Below are positions 1 through 13,620 of a stretch of 64,000 nucleotides of DNA, piece by piece. Made by a program: the position numbers and the translations under genes. The stretch spans positions 21,638,001 through 21,702,000 of the forward strand of contig OZ316775.1 in assembly GCA_973851085.1 (NCBI GenBank). Reading direction: 5' to 3'. Every line of letters starts with the position of its first letter. Position 1 is the stretch's first letter. The notes beneath the pieces are model-generated. The model was not told the origin of the DNA. It ran no database searches and was given only the letters and a program-made list of their open reading frames with translations. The DNA comes from Ptychomitrium polyphyllum. Lineage: Eukaryota.

Positions 1-453
1 GCAGAGTTTCGACAATTAGCTTGCAACCTTGATTGGAATGATAAAGCCTTGGTTATACCATTCCAATGGGGCTTAAGAGAGAATGTAAAGGACTTGCTAT
101 TTGCAATGCCAAGAGTTGAAACATTGGACGAATTCATCACTCAAGCAATAACATGTGACAACAGACTATTTGAGAGGCGCCAAGAACAACGTTTGGGATG
201 GCGACCAGTACATCAATGCATGGCTACCACTTCTTCAAGAATATTGGAAAGCCAACTACAAAGACCAAAACCTATGCAAATTGATGCTGCCGAGTTTAGA
301 CGTTTGACTCCAGAAGAAAAAGAAAGGCGTCGAAAAGAAAACTTATGTTTGTATTGTGGCAAGTCTAGACATAAAATGCGTGATTGCCAAATCAAAGGAT
401 CTGCCTTTAAGGCTCAAAGCACAATGGTGGAGTTGGAAAACAAGGCTGTCTAG
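1..453 (+). pseudogene. gag 3' part with zinc knuckle
   Basis: Open frame from the window start: QWGLRENVKD..PMQIDA..CLYCGKSRHKMRDC, ending TAG 451-453. Confidence 0.9.
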
Positions 454-3400
454 TCACAGTAGAGACCATGCGATTGGACACCACAAGGAAACGACCATCA
501 AATCAAGGTCTCTTACTACCTTCAAGCCCTACCTCTTGTTTTACATTTCTTATCAAAATTAAATTGTTAGATGATGAAATAATTAGTGAGGCTCTTTTAG
601 ACCCTAATGCAACGGCATGTTTCATGGACAAGGATTTTGCAACCAAATATCACATGGTGCTTGTGAAGAAAAAATATCCCACACTTGTTGAAGTTATTGA
701 TAGACAATCTCTTGCGTCTGGCAACGTTATTGAAGAAACTCAACTCTTGGAGGTTGTTTTAGGAGACCAGGCATCCAAGATTGTCTTCAACATCATTCAA
801 TACCGAACAAATCCTATTGTTTTGGGCCTTCCCTGGTTTGAATTACATAATCCAGATATTGATTGGCGATCACGAAGTGTGGTCTCAAAGAAAAGACGTC
901 AAAGTACAAGAAATCTTGGACCATCATTTATTGGAGCTAAGGCATTTATGAGAGCGGCAAAGGATGAACCAATTTATGCCATTAATGCCACGCCAATGTC
1001 CAGCTCTGTAATAGAGACTAACTGAAACATACCTCATCAATATCAAGATTATAAAGACGTTTTTGAAAAGAAGAATGCAGACATGTTATCAAAGCACTAG
1101 CCTTACGATTGTACCATTGAGTTGCAAGAAGGAGCCCAACCACCTTTTGGACCTATTTAAAACTTATCACAAACCGAGCTGACTGCCTTAAGAGAATATG
1201 TTGATGAAAACCTCACAAAGGGTTTCATTCAACATTCTAAATCACTTGTTGGAGCACCCATTCTATTTGTAAAGAAGAAAGTTGGATCATTATGTATGTG
1301 CATGGACTATTGAGGCCTCAATAAAGTAACAAAAAAGAATTGCTATCTATTACCATTAATCTCAAGACTCCTACAACAACTTGGCCAAGCAAAGATATTC
1401 ACCAAAATTGACCTCAGAGGAACCTACAATCTTGTACGCATCAAAGAAGGAAACGAATGGAAGACATCTTTTTGATCTAAGAATGGTCATTTTGAATACA
1501 ATGTCATGCCTTTTGGCCTTACTAATGCTCCCGCAGTCTTCCAACATATGATGAATGATATCTTCCATGAACATCTGGATGATTTTATAGTCATCTACTT
1601 AGATGACATTTTGATATATTCAAAGAATGAACAAGACCACGAATGTCATCTACAATTGGTCTTAGAAAAATTACGCCAGCAAGGATTATATGCCAAATTG
1701 GAGAAGTGCTTTTTCCATGAATCCTCGGTTGAATTTTTAGGCTATATCATTTCCAGAAGACGAATCTATATGGATAAAAAAAAAATAAGCATTGTCATGG
1801 AGTGGAGTACGCCAAGATCAATTTGCGATATTCAATGCTTCTTGGGATTTGCAAACTTCTATAGGATTTTCATTAAGGATTATTCCAAGATTGCGGCACC
1901 ATTAACACTTCTTACTGGGAAGCAAAAATTCATTTGGAATGAAGAGGCGGAAAAAACATTTCAAAGTCTTAAGAAGTCATTCACGTAGGTTCCAATCTTC
2001 ATTCATCTAAATCCATCAAAGCCTTTTTATTTGGAAGCGGATGCTTCAGATTTTGCGCTTGGTTCAGTACTCTCTCAATATGATGAAGACATGAGACTTC
2101 ACCCTCTTGCCTTTTGTTCAAGGAATTTTTTTAGCAGCAGAGATCAATTATGATATACATGATAAAGAACTACTTGCGATTGTGGATGCGTTTGAGGAAT
2201 GGCGATACTTATTGGAAGGAGCTTAACATACCATTACAATATACACAGACCACAAGAACTTGGAATATTTCATGAGTGCGCGCTTTTTGAATCGCCATCA
2301 AGCAAGGTGGAGTATGTCGCTTTCCAGATTTGACTTTGTCATTACCTATCGATCTAGTAACTTACAAGATAAGCTAGATGCTTTATCTCAAAGATCTTAT
2401 TTAGTTCTCAAACCTATAGATGATGTTTTGGATCAACAAAGGACTATTTTATTGAAGGGAAAGAATCTTCAATTGAAAGCAGCCATTATTACGACAACAT
2501 CCCATTTTGACGAAATTCGGAAGGTTTTAAATAATGACGTCTTTGTTTCAAATATAAAGAAGCGCCTCAAAGACAATGGAGATCATTCAAATAGCAATGA
2601 GTACTTTGAATTCTAAGAGGGCCTACTTTATTATAAAGGACTTTTGTACCTACCTCCAGGCCATTTGCGATTGAAGATCCTTCAAGCACGACATGATTTT
2701 CCAGCAGCAGGACATTTTGAATTCAATAAAACAATGGAGTTAATTGCTAAAGACTATTGGTGGCCACAAATGTGGAAGTACGTGAAGGACTTTGTTCAAT
2801 CATGCGACACTTGTGCAAGAGCCAAAGTACCAAGGCACCAACCTCATGGTCTCCTACATCCGCTTCTAGTGCCAAGGGGCCCATGGTTGTCTTTATCAAT
2901 GGATTTTATCACGGACCTTCCAAACTCCGATTCTAAGGATTCTATTTTGGTAGTGGTTGATCGATTTACTAAAATGGCACATTTCATTCCATGCAACAAA
3001 ACGGTAACCGGAGAAGAAACTGCCAAGTTGTTTCTAAATCATGTCTACCGCATACATGGACTACCAGATGATATTGTATCCGATCGGGGGCTGCAGTTCA
3101 TTTCCAACATTTCTGAGGGCTCTATTACAGCTGTTGCGTATAAAGATCAATCTTTCGTTAGCAGAATATCTGCAAATTGATGGCCAAACCGAACATGTGA
3201 ATCAAATTTTGGAACAATTCCTTCATTGTAGCATAAACTACCAGCAAAACAATTGGATGGATCTCTTGCCTTTGGCAGAGTTTGCTTACAACAATACAAT
3301 GTATTCCTCAACAACTCAAAGTCTATTCTTTGCAAACTATGGCCATCATCCTCGAGCAGATTCATTTCAAATGAAGCATGTTGGAAGTTCTGCAGCAGAG

Positions 3401-3949
3401 GATTTTGCAATTCAACTTGTTAAAATCCATCAAGAAATTATCTTCCAATTACAACAAGCTCAAGATCGTTACAAAACTTATGCAGATCGCCATCGGAAGG
3501 ACCATCCAAAGTTCAAGGTTGGAGATAGCATATGGCTCCTACGACAAAATATACAAACAAAAAGACCATCAAAGAAGTTGGACTATCAAAGGCTGGGACC
3601 GTTTGAAATCAGCAAACAAATAAATTTGGTTAGTTATCGCCTAAAGCTACCATTAAGCATGCAAATTCATCCAGTATTCCACGTATCATTGTTGGAAACC
3701 TATAACAAATCATGTATACCAGAGAGAATTGTCCCTCCGCCTCCTCCGCTGGAAATCAATAATGAAATTGAATATGAAGTGGAAGAGATCTTAGATTCAC
3801 GCATCAAGAACGGACGCATGGAGTACCTTATACATTGGCAAGGATATGGCATCAATGACCGAACATGGGAACCTTCAATAAATGTAACAAATGCATCCAA
3901 GAAGGTATGCAAATTTCATCAAAGATATTTTCAGAAACCAGGTCAGTGA
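441..3949 (+). pseudogene. Disrupted pol polyprotein (PR-RT-RH-IN-chromodomain)
   Basis: ORF pieces 468-1025, 1506-1988, 2260-2616, 2644-3180 and 3041-3949 are collinear pol domains split by stops and frameshifts. Confidence 0.93.
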
Positions 3950-4589
3950 TGATGTGTCATCAGTAGCCGTTAGCTTCACAGAGAAGTTTTTTTTTCATAG
4001 AGAAGTATAAGAAAGGAGGAGAGATATCCAAACTTTTAATTGTACGCAGTGCTAGCTTCAAGATAGATTATTTTTAGGTCCTAGCTAGTATGTCAAATCT
4101 TCGTATTATCATGGATATGCGTGAAGAGCAGTCGGCCATGCCTTCATCAACAACAGCATCTGTTGAGCCAACTCAACTTTCTCAGCCCTCGGTAACAGAG
4201 GACCTAAATCAAGATATGAGAGGAACATCCCAACCTCGAGTACGACCTCGTGTAGAAGTATTAACTAGTCGCCCTTCACATTCCAGTCTTGATTCAAATG
4301 CTCGCGTTCTAGTCATCTTGTTAGAAATTAGAAGAGCCACTCCTGGAGGACCCGAGATCTTGTTTGGAGGATGTTTTAAAGGACTTAATCAAGATCAGAT
4401 CTTGGGATGGGACATTTCAACAACAGAAGTCTTGGCTGGTGGCCATCGACGCTTCTTGCAAGGACCAGTTGAACCAGTGAACAAAGAACAACGAGTAGAG
4501 TATGTTGCTTCACTCCTTTGACAAATTTTGGAATTTGTAGAAATGTGATAAGCAAGCCAAGAAAAAAGCACTTCATGGGGCTTGTCGCT

Positions 4590-4603
4590 AAATGGGGAGG
4601 TGA
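4590..4603 (+). promoter_or_regulatory. Polypurine tract of the gypsy element
   Basis: AAATGGGGAGGTGA immediately before the TG start of the 3' LTR. Confidence 0.8.
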
Positions 4604-5143
4604 TGTCACGGACATAGATCATGCAACATAGTCCTTAGAATATTCTAGAACCTTTTAGTATACTATAATAACTTCTTATAATACTTTTAGATGTTTGCAT
4701 AGCCTTTCCATGTTTTTAGGAAGCTTCCTAGGAAAGTTCCTCTTTCTTAGGAAATTTTGTAGAAAGATTCCATCATCTTATGTAACTTTCTAGGAAGGTT
4801 CCTTCATTTTACAAAACTTCCAAGGAAGGTCCCAGTTCCATAGAAGCTTCTTAGGAAGGTTCAAATATCTTAGGAAATTTCTTGGGAAGGTTCTCTAGAC
4901 TTCTAGAACATTCTTAAGCCTTGTATGAAGCTTCTTTAGAAGTATCTTAGGAGATACAAACGTCATAGTATAAATAGGAGGCAAGACATGGTATTCCTTA
5001 GTCTTGCCAACACAAGTTGTGGATCATCTTGAATCCTGCCTTGTTCTAGTCTTTGTATCAAGTTCTTGTTAATCATTAGCTCTTTAGAAGCTAATTCTTG
5101 GGAAACACTTTGTTTTTACTTCTTGTTTCTTGTGTTTTTAATA
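4604..5143 (+). repeat. 3' LTR (family A), 540 bp
   Basis: Starts TGTCACGGACATAGATC, ends TGTGTTTTTAATA (eroded TGTGTCCCTAACA). Has internal TTCCTAGGAAGGTTCC-type repeats and a TATAAATA box. Homologous to 11508-12151 and 35234-35835. Confidence 0.93.
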
Positions 5144-6410
5144 AGAGCCAAAGTTTATAGTTAAGATATTTTATATTTTTTGCCTTCTATCTTATCTGTT
5201 GTATTTTTTGGTCCAATGTATAAAAAGGACATAACTTCTATATGCATACAATGGAAAGATAATATTTTAGTGGATGTATTTAATTTGAGAAAATTAAATA
5301 TTATTAAAATATTATTAAAATAAAATTTTAAGTATGATCAAGTATTTTTATTATGTTTTTTTCATATGATTGATTTAATAAAAATTAATTGTGTAATATT
5401 TTTTTATATGATATCATTAATGCATTCATATTTTAATGATTGAATTAAATGATATCATATTAAAATGGCTCTAGAATAATTGTATTTTTTTTCCAGAAAT
5501 TCATGAAATTTCTTGATACTTCAAGTATAAAACAAAATATGAGTTCAAATTATAAGAGTGATTTAATGCTTTTTTTTGTTCCAATATAATATTGATTTTG
5601 TAAAATCTTGCCAGCTTCTTATATCTTTCAACGCTTGAAATTGTTTCTTTTTGATAGGTGAAAAGAATATGAGATGTTTTTCAATTGCAAAAAAATAATG
5701 CCAATAAGATTTGTTCAATTGCTTTATATGTTTTTATATTTTCATCTTTGATCATTAAAGAAGGATGCTTTTAAACATCAAAAATGTATTTTTTTTTGCA
5801 AAATAAATTCTAGTTTAAAAAAAAATTCCTATAAAAAGAGAAGTTTGTAATTTATATAATAAGAACATTAAAAATAACAATGTGCTATTAATTCCGATGT
5901 ATGCTTCCTTTAATATGAACAAATTATGAATTGTTAAAGTAAAAAATAGAAGTGGTACAAATGAGAACAAGTGGGTACATTTAAAGAGAAATTGACAATC
6001 TCATGTATGTAATGCTCAAAATAAGATGAAAGCTTGGAAATGAGATGGATTTGGATTTATTTACAACCATTTTTGGAATGAATAATAGGTGACGATTTCA
6101 AACAACCTACTATGTTTTCATGGAATAATAAAATAAAAAATAATGTGTTCCCACTTCAATAATTAACTAAACACAAAACTAATGAAGGTTAATTAATTGA
6201 TAAAAATCATACAATATTGACAACCTTCATTGACTTATACATGATTCTAAAACAAATGGACACTAATCTACCCATCTTCCAATTCCGAGTTCAAAAACAA
6301 TGCCTTCTCTTCTCCAACAGAAATCGTAAGGGTGGAGGGACCGCGTAACTTACTACCCTATGCACCCCTAATTCCTTCACGCCAACCGAGACAGAGAGCC
6401 CAAGACCGAA

Positions 6411-6460
6411 TCCACGTGGACCCCATCATTGACCAGAACCCTTCGTTAAGCTCACGTGGC
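6411..6460. promoter_or_regulatory. Two G-box/ABRE-like CACGTG motifs upstream of the ATG18 transcription unit
   Basis: CACGTG at 6413-6418 and 6453-6458 (the second in ACGTGGC context), at the AT-rich to GC-rich transition 5' of the gene. Function not demonstrated. Confidence 0.3.
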
Positions 6461-7544
6461 AAGTCCGTCGTCGCACCTGATGATTGCACATGCTGGCAAA
6501 GAACCCCCACCTAAAACCAACAACATCTACGCGCCTGTATAGAATTGAAACAGTAATAAATACCTCTTTGGTAAATAGTGGTGTTATATGATGACAGTGA
6601 CGGTTCTGAGGATGCAGGCCGGAGATGATTCGTTGATTGTTTACAAAGTTCGTTGCCGTCGACGACGACGTTGTTTGTTGGTGGTCCTTGGAGCGTGAGG
6701 CTCCTCTGCGAGTTCCGTCGCAACGCTCGCTGCGCTACAATCCGCGCTCGCCGATCCGCTGACGCCAATTCGCATCACTGCAGCCAAGTGCGGATGCGAA
6801 GTCCAGTGGGACAAACGCGGTGACATATAGTGCCGTCTCTAGGGTTTCCGATTGGGGGGCTCTTCGCTGGCCAGGTTTTTCCATCAAACCTCGCTGCGTC
6901 ATCGTCGTTGGATTGCCTGGTTGTGGAGTCGCGGTTGCGTTGCGGAGGACACGAAAGGCTCCGTTCTTTTATGTTGGTTTCGTGTTTGAGGCGTTTGAAG
7001 TGGTTGTTTGTCTCGTGGGTGGAGTTTAGGGTTTTGTGGAGGTGGGCTTGGTTGTGGGCTCTTGAGCTCATGTTGCTGTTGTTTCTGCTTTCTGGGGTGG
7101 ATTAGGTGGTGAAGTGTCTGACGAGTATGAGTTCCGTGTTCGCGATTAGGATTGTGGGTTTTGTTTGGGATCGGGTGTAACAGGCTTGGAGGTTTTGTGA
7201 CGACAATTGAGTAGTATAATTTGAGAGGAGAATACTCTGCATGCATCTGATGTGAGATGTATTGCCGTAGAAAGTGCGATTGGTTGTGCATTGTGAGCGG
7301 TTGAGTTTGACGCAGTGAAGTTGTTACGAAGCGAAGTGTTTGTTACGCTTTGGTTTATCGTTGAGGAGTGACGTTGGATACGTAGTTGACGATCATAGAT
7401 TGTTCCTTCACGGGGTAGATCGCTGCTCTCTGAAGTTTTTGTTCCTGTAGTTTTGAGTCATATGTGAAACTCAGCACTGTTCCGAAGTAGATTTGATTGT
7501 TTTGTCGTGTATTTGTTTCTGACGCTCTCCTTTGTCTCTTTAAG

Positions 7545-7619
7545 CAACTGTTTTCTCTAAGCGCTCGCGTAATGGTTTCATTTGTAAACCATTACGCGAG
7601 CGCTTAGACAACTGTTTTC
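7545..7619. repeat. 53-bp perfect foldback flanked by 11-bp direct repeats
   Basis: Arms 7556-7578 and 7586-7608 are exact reverse complements. CAACTGTTTTC lies at 7545-7555 and 7609-7619. Confidence 0.9.
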
Positions 7620-7804
7620 TTAGATCTAAGGTTGTATCTCCTGCTTCAAGATAGGTGAGAAAGTTATATGTTCTTTCAACAGTTTTATACTTTTCTAAAA
7701 TATTCTGTGGGTACCATGTTTCAGGGATCCAATTCCAAGAGACAAGACCTAAAGATTGTAACAATTGCATGAAAGTGCCTTTTTAAATACGGTGGTTCCT
7801 CATT

Positions 7805-9836
7805 ATGGCCTTAGCTTCTCCTTATGAAGTGCCGGCCTCAGAGCAGGGCCGTTATAACAAAGTTACTAACGTGGGTACGGATTCTATGTCGCCGTCGCCA
7901 GTCTCTTCCACCTCGCTCTCGCATTCTCCCCAGACCTCACCCCGGCATGAGGTGCCCCAAGCACCAGCTCTCGAGCAAATTCTTCTTTCAGTCGGATTCA
8001 ATCAGGATTATGGATGCTTCGCATGTGGCACTCAGACTGGCTTCCGAATCTACAATTGTGATCCTTTTAAAGAGACGTTTCGCCGTGAATTTGATGGTGC
8101 TGGCATTGCTTTAGTGGAGATGCTGTTTAGGTGCAACATCTTGGCTCTTGTTGGTGGTGGTAAGTCACCTAGGTATTCTCCCAACAAGGTCATGATATGG
8201 GACGATCATCAAAGTCGGTGTATTGGTGAGCTCTCGTTCAGGAGTGAAGTTCGAGCTGTCCGATTGCGGAGGGACAGAATCGTTGTGGTGCTTGAATTCA
8301 AAATCTATGTGTACAATTTTGCTGACCTGAAGCTGCTTCATCAGATTGAGACGTTATCAAATACCAAGGGTATCTGTGCATTATCTCCTGGGCCAACTTC
8401 ATGCGTCCTTGCATGCCCTGGACAGCGCCGAGGGGAGATCAGGATAGAGTTGTATAGTGCAAAGAAGACTAGGTTTGTGCAGGCGCACGACTCCTCACTT
8501 GCATGTCTGGCACTCAGCCAAGATGGTCAATTGTTGGCAACAGCTAGTAATAAGGGTACCCTTATTCGCATCTTCAGTACCACGGATGGTTCGAAATTGC
8601 AAGAGGTAACAAAACTATATTATTGGCAGTTAATGTGTCGTTCAACTTGATTGACTTTGCATATTCCTGATTTTGTTTAATGAAACTGCGATTTTTATAT
8701 ATTGTAGAAATTGCAAGTTTTAGTCGCAATATGTTTTGGCTTACTAAAATGAACTGCTGACTTCTACTGATCTCAAGGATGATCTTGTGTTGATAATTTT
8801 CATGTCTTTTGCAGCTTCGACGAGGGGCTGAGCGAGCAGAGATTTACAGTATTGCTTTTTCTGCAAACTTACATTGGCTTGCTGTTTCTAGCGACAAAGG
8901 CACTGTGCATGTATTTGGTCTGAAGCGAACTACTGAAGGAACTCGCTCTGAGGCTATGGCAATGGCAGCCTCGCCATCTTCTAACGGAACAACATTAGCA
9001 TCTGGCGGAAGCGGTGGTTATCTACTTGGTGGCCCATCATCATTATTGTCATTTGCAGCGTCAAATGCTGGTTCATCGTTGGCCTTCATGAAAGGTGATT
9101 CGTTTATCATGAAAGGGACAGTTTGGGTCCTCATTATGAGGCAATTTCAACTTTTGGCTTCCTTTTATTAGATGCATCCTCTGTATGCACTTTTGAGGAT
9201 ATAGTGACGATGCCGGACTACAGATGTCTTCTGCGCTAGCTTGTTCTGCTGCATTTTAAGTAACCAGTTTCTTGTTATTGGTATATAATAGTATTTATAC
9301 GCCGACTTTGGCTATTTGTGGCAGGTGTTTTGCCCAAATACTTCAGTTCAGAGTGGTCGTTTGCACAATTTCGCGTGCCTGAGGACACGAAAACAATCGT
9401 TGCATTTGGCCCACAGAAGAATACCGTTGTCATCGTGGGTGCAAATGGCAGGTTCGTTTTAAAGGACTGAATATGTGTGACGTAAATCTTTTTATCAGCT
9501 GTATTTTTACTTCAAATCAATTCTGGCCAGAGTACTTGTGATCATGGAATCGATAATCATTCTTTGCAGTGTATCTCCGCGTCAGGTTCTGCAGTCTCGT
9601 GTTCCACTTATTACAGCTGTTACATGGACTTGCAGGCTTCGATTGCCTGCGGGTTTTTTTGAATATTTTTCTGGCATTAATGTATTTGAAGTTCATTCTG
9701 ACAGCATATATTGTGGCTATTGTCCAGTTACTACAGGTGCTCCTTTGATGGAACCCATGGTGGGGAAATGTTACAGGCTGAATATGAGCGGTTTATGAAG
9801 CACGATGAAACGGAGGAAGAAACTGTCACTGTTTAA
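7805..9836 (+). CDS. ATG18: Autophagy-related protein 18 (WD40 PROPPIN); exons 7805-8605, 8815-9094, 9325-9451, 9728-9836
   Basis: [39 protein letters not shown], phosphoinositide-binding LRRG motif at the exon 2 start, [24 protein letters not shown]. All introns GT-AG with consistent phases; TAA 9834-9836. Confidence 0.95.
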
Positions 9837-11507
9837 ATGCAGTGTTCTGCATGTATTTAACCAATCACTATTGAAAGCGTGATTCAGTCGTTTGAGGGAA
9901 GTTCAGATCCCTACGACAGTGGAGGTTTTTGGGGAAGCAGTTTGCCAAGTATGTCTTGTGACAAAGTATCATGTAAATCATTGCTGTCAATGTTTGGCCG
10001 AAGGATGCCCACGCATTGCAGTATCGTGGGAGCTGAATTCACCCGAAGTAAACCTGAAATGCGTCGAAACCGAGTCATATTGTTCCTAGACGACGGACAG
10101 CCACGTTACTTGCGTGAACATTTTGCCATGAAAGTGACTTACGCTCTAGAGATGAAACAAAACTAGAGAATCTATGCATCTCTTCAGGTGGACTGGTTTC
10201 CTAGCAAGTACAATTTGATCAACTAAGGTTCTAGCTGTACAGTAAGAATTTGTATAAAGACCTTTTACAATACCTGTGAATACCAAATCTTAATCTGAAA
10301 AATACATTATTTTTGTGTTTTATGTTTGTGGGTACTCATTGCTTCAACATGGTCCAAGTATTGTCGTAAAGTTAGAATCTGCACCAAACAAACACATAAA
10401 TCATCATCTTCCACAAATCATAAATCATCATCTTCTACAAATCAGAAAGGAAAGCAGGTAGCTGGGTGATTCTAGCACTGCCTCATTACTCAATAACTTA
10501 CATCTGAAACGAAGTGCCAGGAATGAGGAAGTAAGAAACAGTAAGGTCATGATTTTGGGAGGATTTTGGGATTGCAGAACTGTATAGGAGGCCAGGAATT
10601 TTTGGTTAGGTATAATCTCCCTTTATCATTGGCGACAATGCTTTAGTGTGAACCATGTTTACTCTTGCTATGAATTTCTATTTCCTTGGGTGGATTAAGT
10701 AGGCAGCGCAGGCAGTACTTGTTATTGCAGCGGGCTGTTTGATCATCAGATGTTGGATCGCAGCACACGAAGCCGGCTAAGGGGGTTGTGTAAGGCAGAT
10801 CTACCTTGAGGGAGGAAACAGACTAGAGTTTGAAAGGACGCGCAAGTGGAAAGGGGTTGACTTGCGAAGAATGGACGTGCTGAGCTGCCACAGGAGCTGC
10901 TGTGAGCAAGGGTGAAGCAACTATAATAAAATCTAGTGTTGATGCAAACCAGCCTAGGTTGATAGTAAAAATAGCAGCTTGAGGGCCAACCATGACTTGC
11001 AATAGAGGAGGGAGATCAAATCGAGTTACAAACGTGGAGACAAATAGAAGAGCGGTACAATTTGATGTTACAAGAAGAACATGCCATAGAGCCATCACCG
11101 CTAGGGTTTAATGTGAGGCGTTGTAGTGTAGAATTTGTGTTGGTGAACATTTGGGTTGGATTTAGAAATATAAGAGTCTTTTTAAGGGTTTAATATGTTG
11201 AATGTATTTATTGAAATGTGTTATATGCATTAGTTCGTTACATCTATCTTAACAAAATTTGGTTAGACCTTTGAAATCATTGTTTGTAATTAAAGGATAT
11301 TTTTTGATTTAAAACTTGGATTTGTGCTTTTGATAAGGTTTGTTAGTAGAATACAAAGTTTGAAGGTTTATTACTTGTTAGAACAGGAATTATGGAGTGT
11401 TGAATTGAAAGGGGTTTAATAGGTTAAAATTGAAGCATTTTATTGGAATAGATAATTGACTTAGGAAGAAAATTTTTGAGCACAATCAAATAGTCTTACC
11501 TACTACA

Positions 11508-12151
11508 TGTTAAGGACACAAGAAACAAGAAGCAAAAACGAAGTGTTTCCCAAGAATTAGCTTCCAAAGAGCTAATGATTAACAAGAACTTGATACAAAG
11601 ACTAGAACAAGGCAGGATTCAAGATGATCCACAACTTGTATTGGCAAGACTAAGGAATACCTTGTCTTGCCTCCTATTTATACTATGACGTTTGTATCTC
11701 CTAAGATACTTCTAAAGAAGCTTTCTATAAGGCTTAAAAATGTTCTAAAAGCCTAGGGAACCTTCCCAAGAAGTTTCTTAAGATGTTGGAACACTCCTAA
11801 GAAGCTTCCAAGGAGTTGGAACCTTCCTTGGAAGTTTTTTAAGGTAGCGGAACCTTCTTAAGAAGTTTCCTAAGGTAGCGGAACCTTCTTAAGAAGTTTC
11901 CTAAATGATGGAATCTTCCTCGGAAGTTTCCTAAGGTGATGGAATCTTTGTAGGAAGTTTCCTAGGAAGTTATCTAAGATGATAGAACCTTCCTATAAAG
12001 TTTCCTAAGGTGGAGGAACTTTCGTAGGAAGCTTCCTAAAATCATGGAAAGGCTATGCAAACATCTAAAAGTATTCTAAGAAGCTATTATAGTATACTAG
12101 AAGGTTCTAGAATATTCTAAGGACTACGTTGCATGATCTATGTCCGTGACA
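11508..12151 (-). mobile_element. Solo LTR (family A), 644 bp
   Basis: Reverse complement of 4604-5143 with TG...CA ends and no internal domain adjacent. Flanks CTACA (11503-11507) / CCGCA (12152-12156) form a degenerate TSD. Confidence 0.93.
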
Positions 12152-13620
12152 CCGCAAAGAAGAGCCTTATGCTTATTAAAAAAGCATACACATCTTAGTA
12201 TTGATATTAGTTGATATTTCATCAAGTTTTTTGATGTTAGGTCAATGCCTTCCCTTATCAAGCAAATGTTTTTTTTTGTAAACAAATACAATAAAAACAT
12301 CAATGCAAGAATTTGCAGTCTTTGAAGGATGTATTAAATTGCATTTAAAATTTGAGAAGTTTGTAATATCTAAGATTCAAAAGGTGCATATTTACTTATT
12401 AGAATTGAACAAATGGGCACAAATTGAAATTTTGCATTCATTCTATTTCTTAACATAGGTTGTTGATGATTGAAGTTCTTTAATGCAAAAAAGAAAACCA
12501 CTTGTAGAATGTTTGTGTAAAAAAATAATATGAATATTTACATATATTTTTAAACTTTAAATTATATTTGTGTAGAACATGTATTTAATATCGAATTGTA
12601 TTTCAAATTTCTAAGGAGTTTCTTGAAATTTTGAGTCATACTTTTTTTTATGCAAATGTATACTTTAGTTCACCTATTTTATTTGGCAAATTCTAATCCA
12701 CCAGAGTGCAAAGCGGCCCTGCAAGCAAGGGAGTGAGTGACCGTGCAAGACTGCACTCAAGTCTGCACTCAAGTGGCCATATTGGTAAAACCTTGGATCC
12801 ACCAAAAGTTCTCACGAAGAAATGTACATGCAGATCAGGCAAAGTTTGGGCAGGCCAAGCGGGCAGGCCAAGCTGCATGGGAAAAGGTGGTCCATGCAGC
12901 GTCAGATAGGTGTAAGGCGAGGCCATTGTTGGCAGTGCATTTAGGAGATTCTCGTGACTATCATATTCATTATAATGGGAAATTCTGAAGTCTTAAAATT
13001 TAAATGTTTCGTGACAATAGAATTAAAAGGAGTTGAATTTTGAAAAATGACTGATAAATCTTTTGTCGTGCAAGTGTGGTCGCCGATTCCGTCAATTGTC
13101 AATGAGAAGTAGCCGTTAAGATGCGCGTCGTGTGGAGTCCGCAGAGTCCTCTCTGTGCAGGAATTTGTAGACTGGCTGGGCCCCAGAGCTTTTACTCTTG
13201 GACCAAGTTACTAGTCATAAAGTACATGGCAGGCAAAAGCCTAATTAAGTGCATGATTTGTCAACTATACTACGCTTACATGACAAGCTTCTCAACTAAA
13301 ATATGATAAATTTCTCATCTACATGACAAGCATCTTTGAGAAAGCTGTAGACGCGAACTGTCGATGATGCCATCATCACGATTCACTCGTGGCGATATAG
13401 AACGCAATGGATAAGCTTTTCTCACCCAATGACGATGACGACTCTCGCTGCGTCGATTCCTTACAGCGTCTTTTCTGGTGCAAAAAATCATCGCTGGTTC
13501 TTTTAGCTGCGATTGATCGACATGGTCATTGTACAACTTTTCAGGCAGAATCGAGAGTGTTAATCTACCGTTCCTCACAGTTCCGATCGAAACAGAGTTT
13601 ATGGTGAAATTTGAAAATAG

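Larger units (their letters stand above)
1..5143 (+). mobile_element. Degenerate Ty3/gypsy chromoviral LTR retrotransposon (Tcn1/RLG1-like), 5' part outside the window
   Basis: Domain order: Gag with CCHC knuckle (CLYCGKSRHKMRDC), protease (ALLDPNA, degenerate), RT (MPFGLTNAPAVFQ, YLDD), RNase H, integrase (HHCC, SMDF, IVSDRG, GPF), chromodomain (EYEVEEILD..YLIHWQGY..TWEP), then PPT and LTR. Many in-frame stops and frameshifts. Confidence 0.96.

Noticed and set aside
6332..7291. Several overlapping 60-130 aa ORFs
   Set aside because: No recognisable domains; composition fits the ATG18 promoter, 5'UTR and leader intron.
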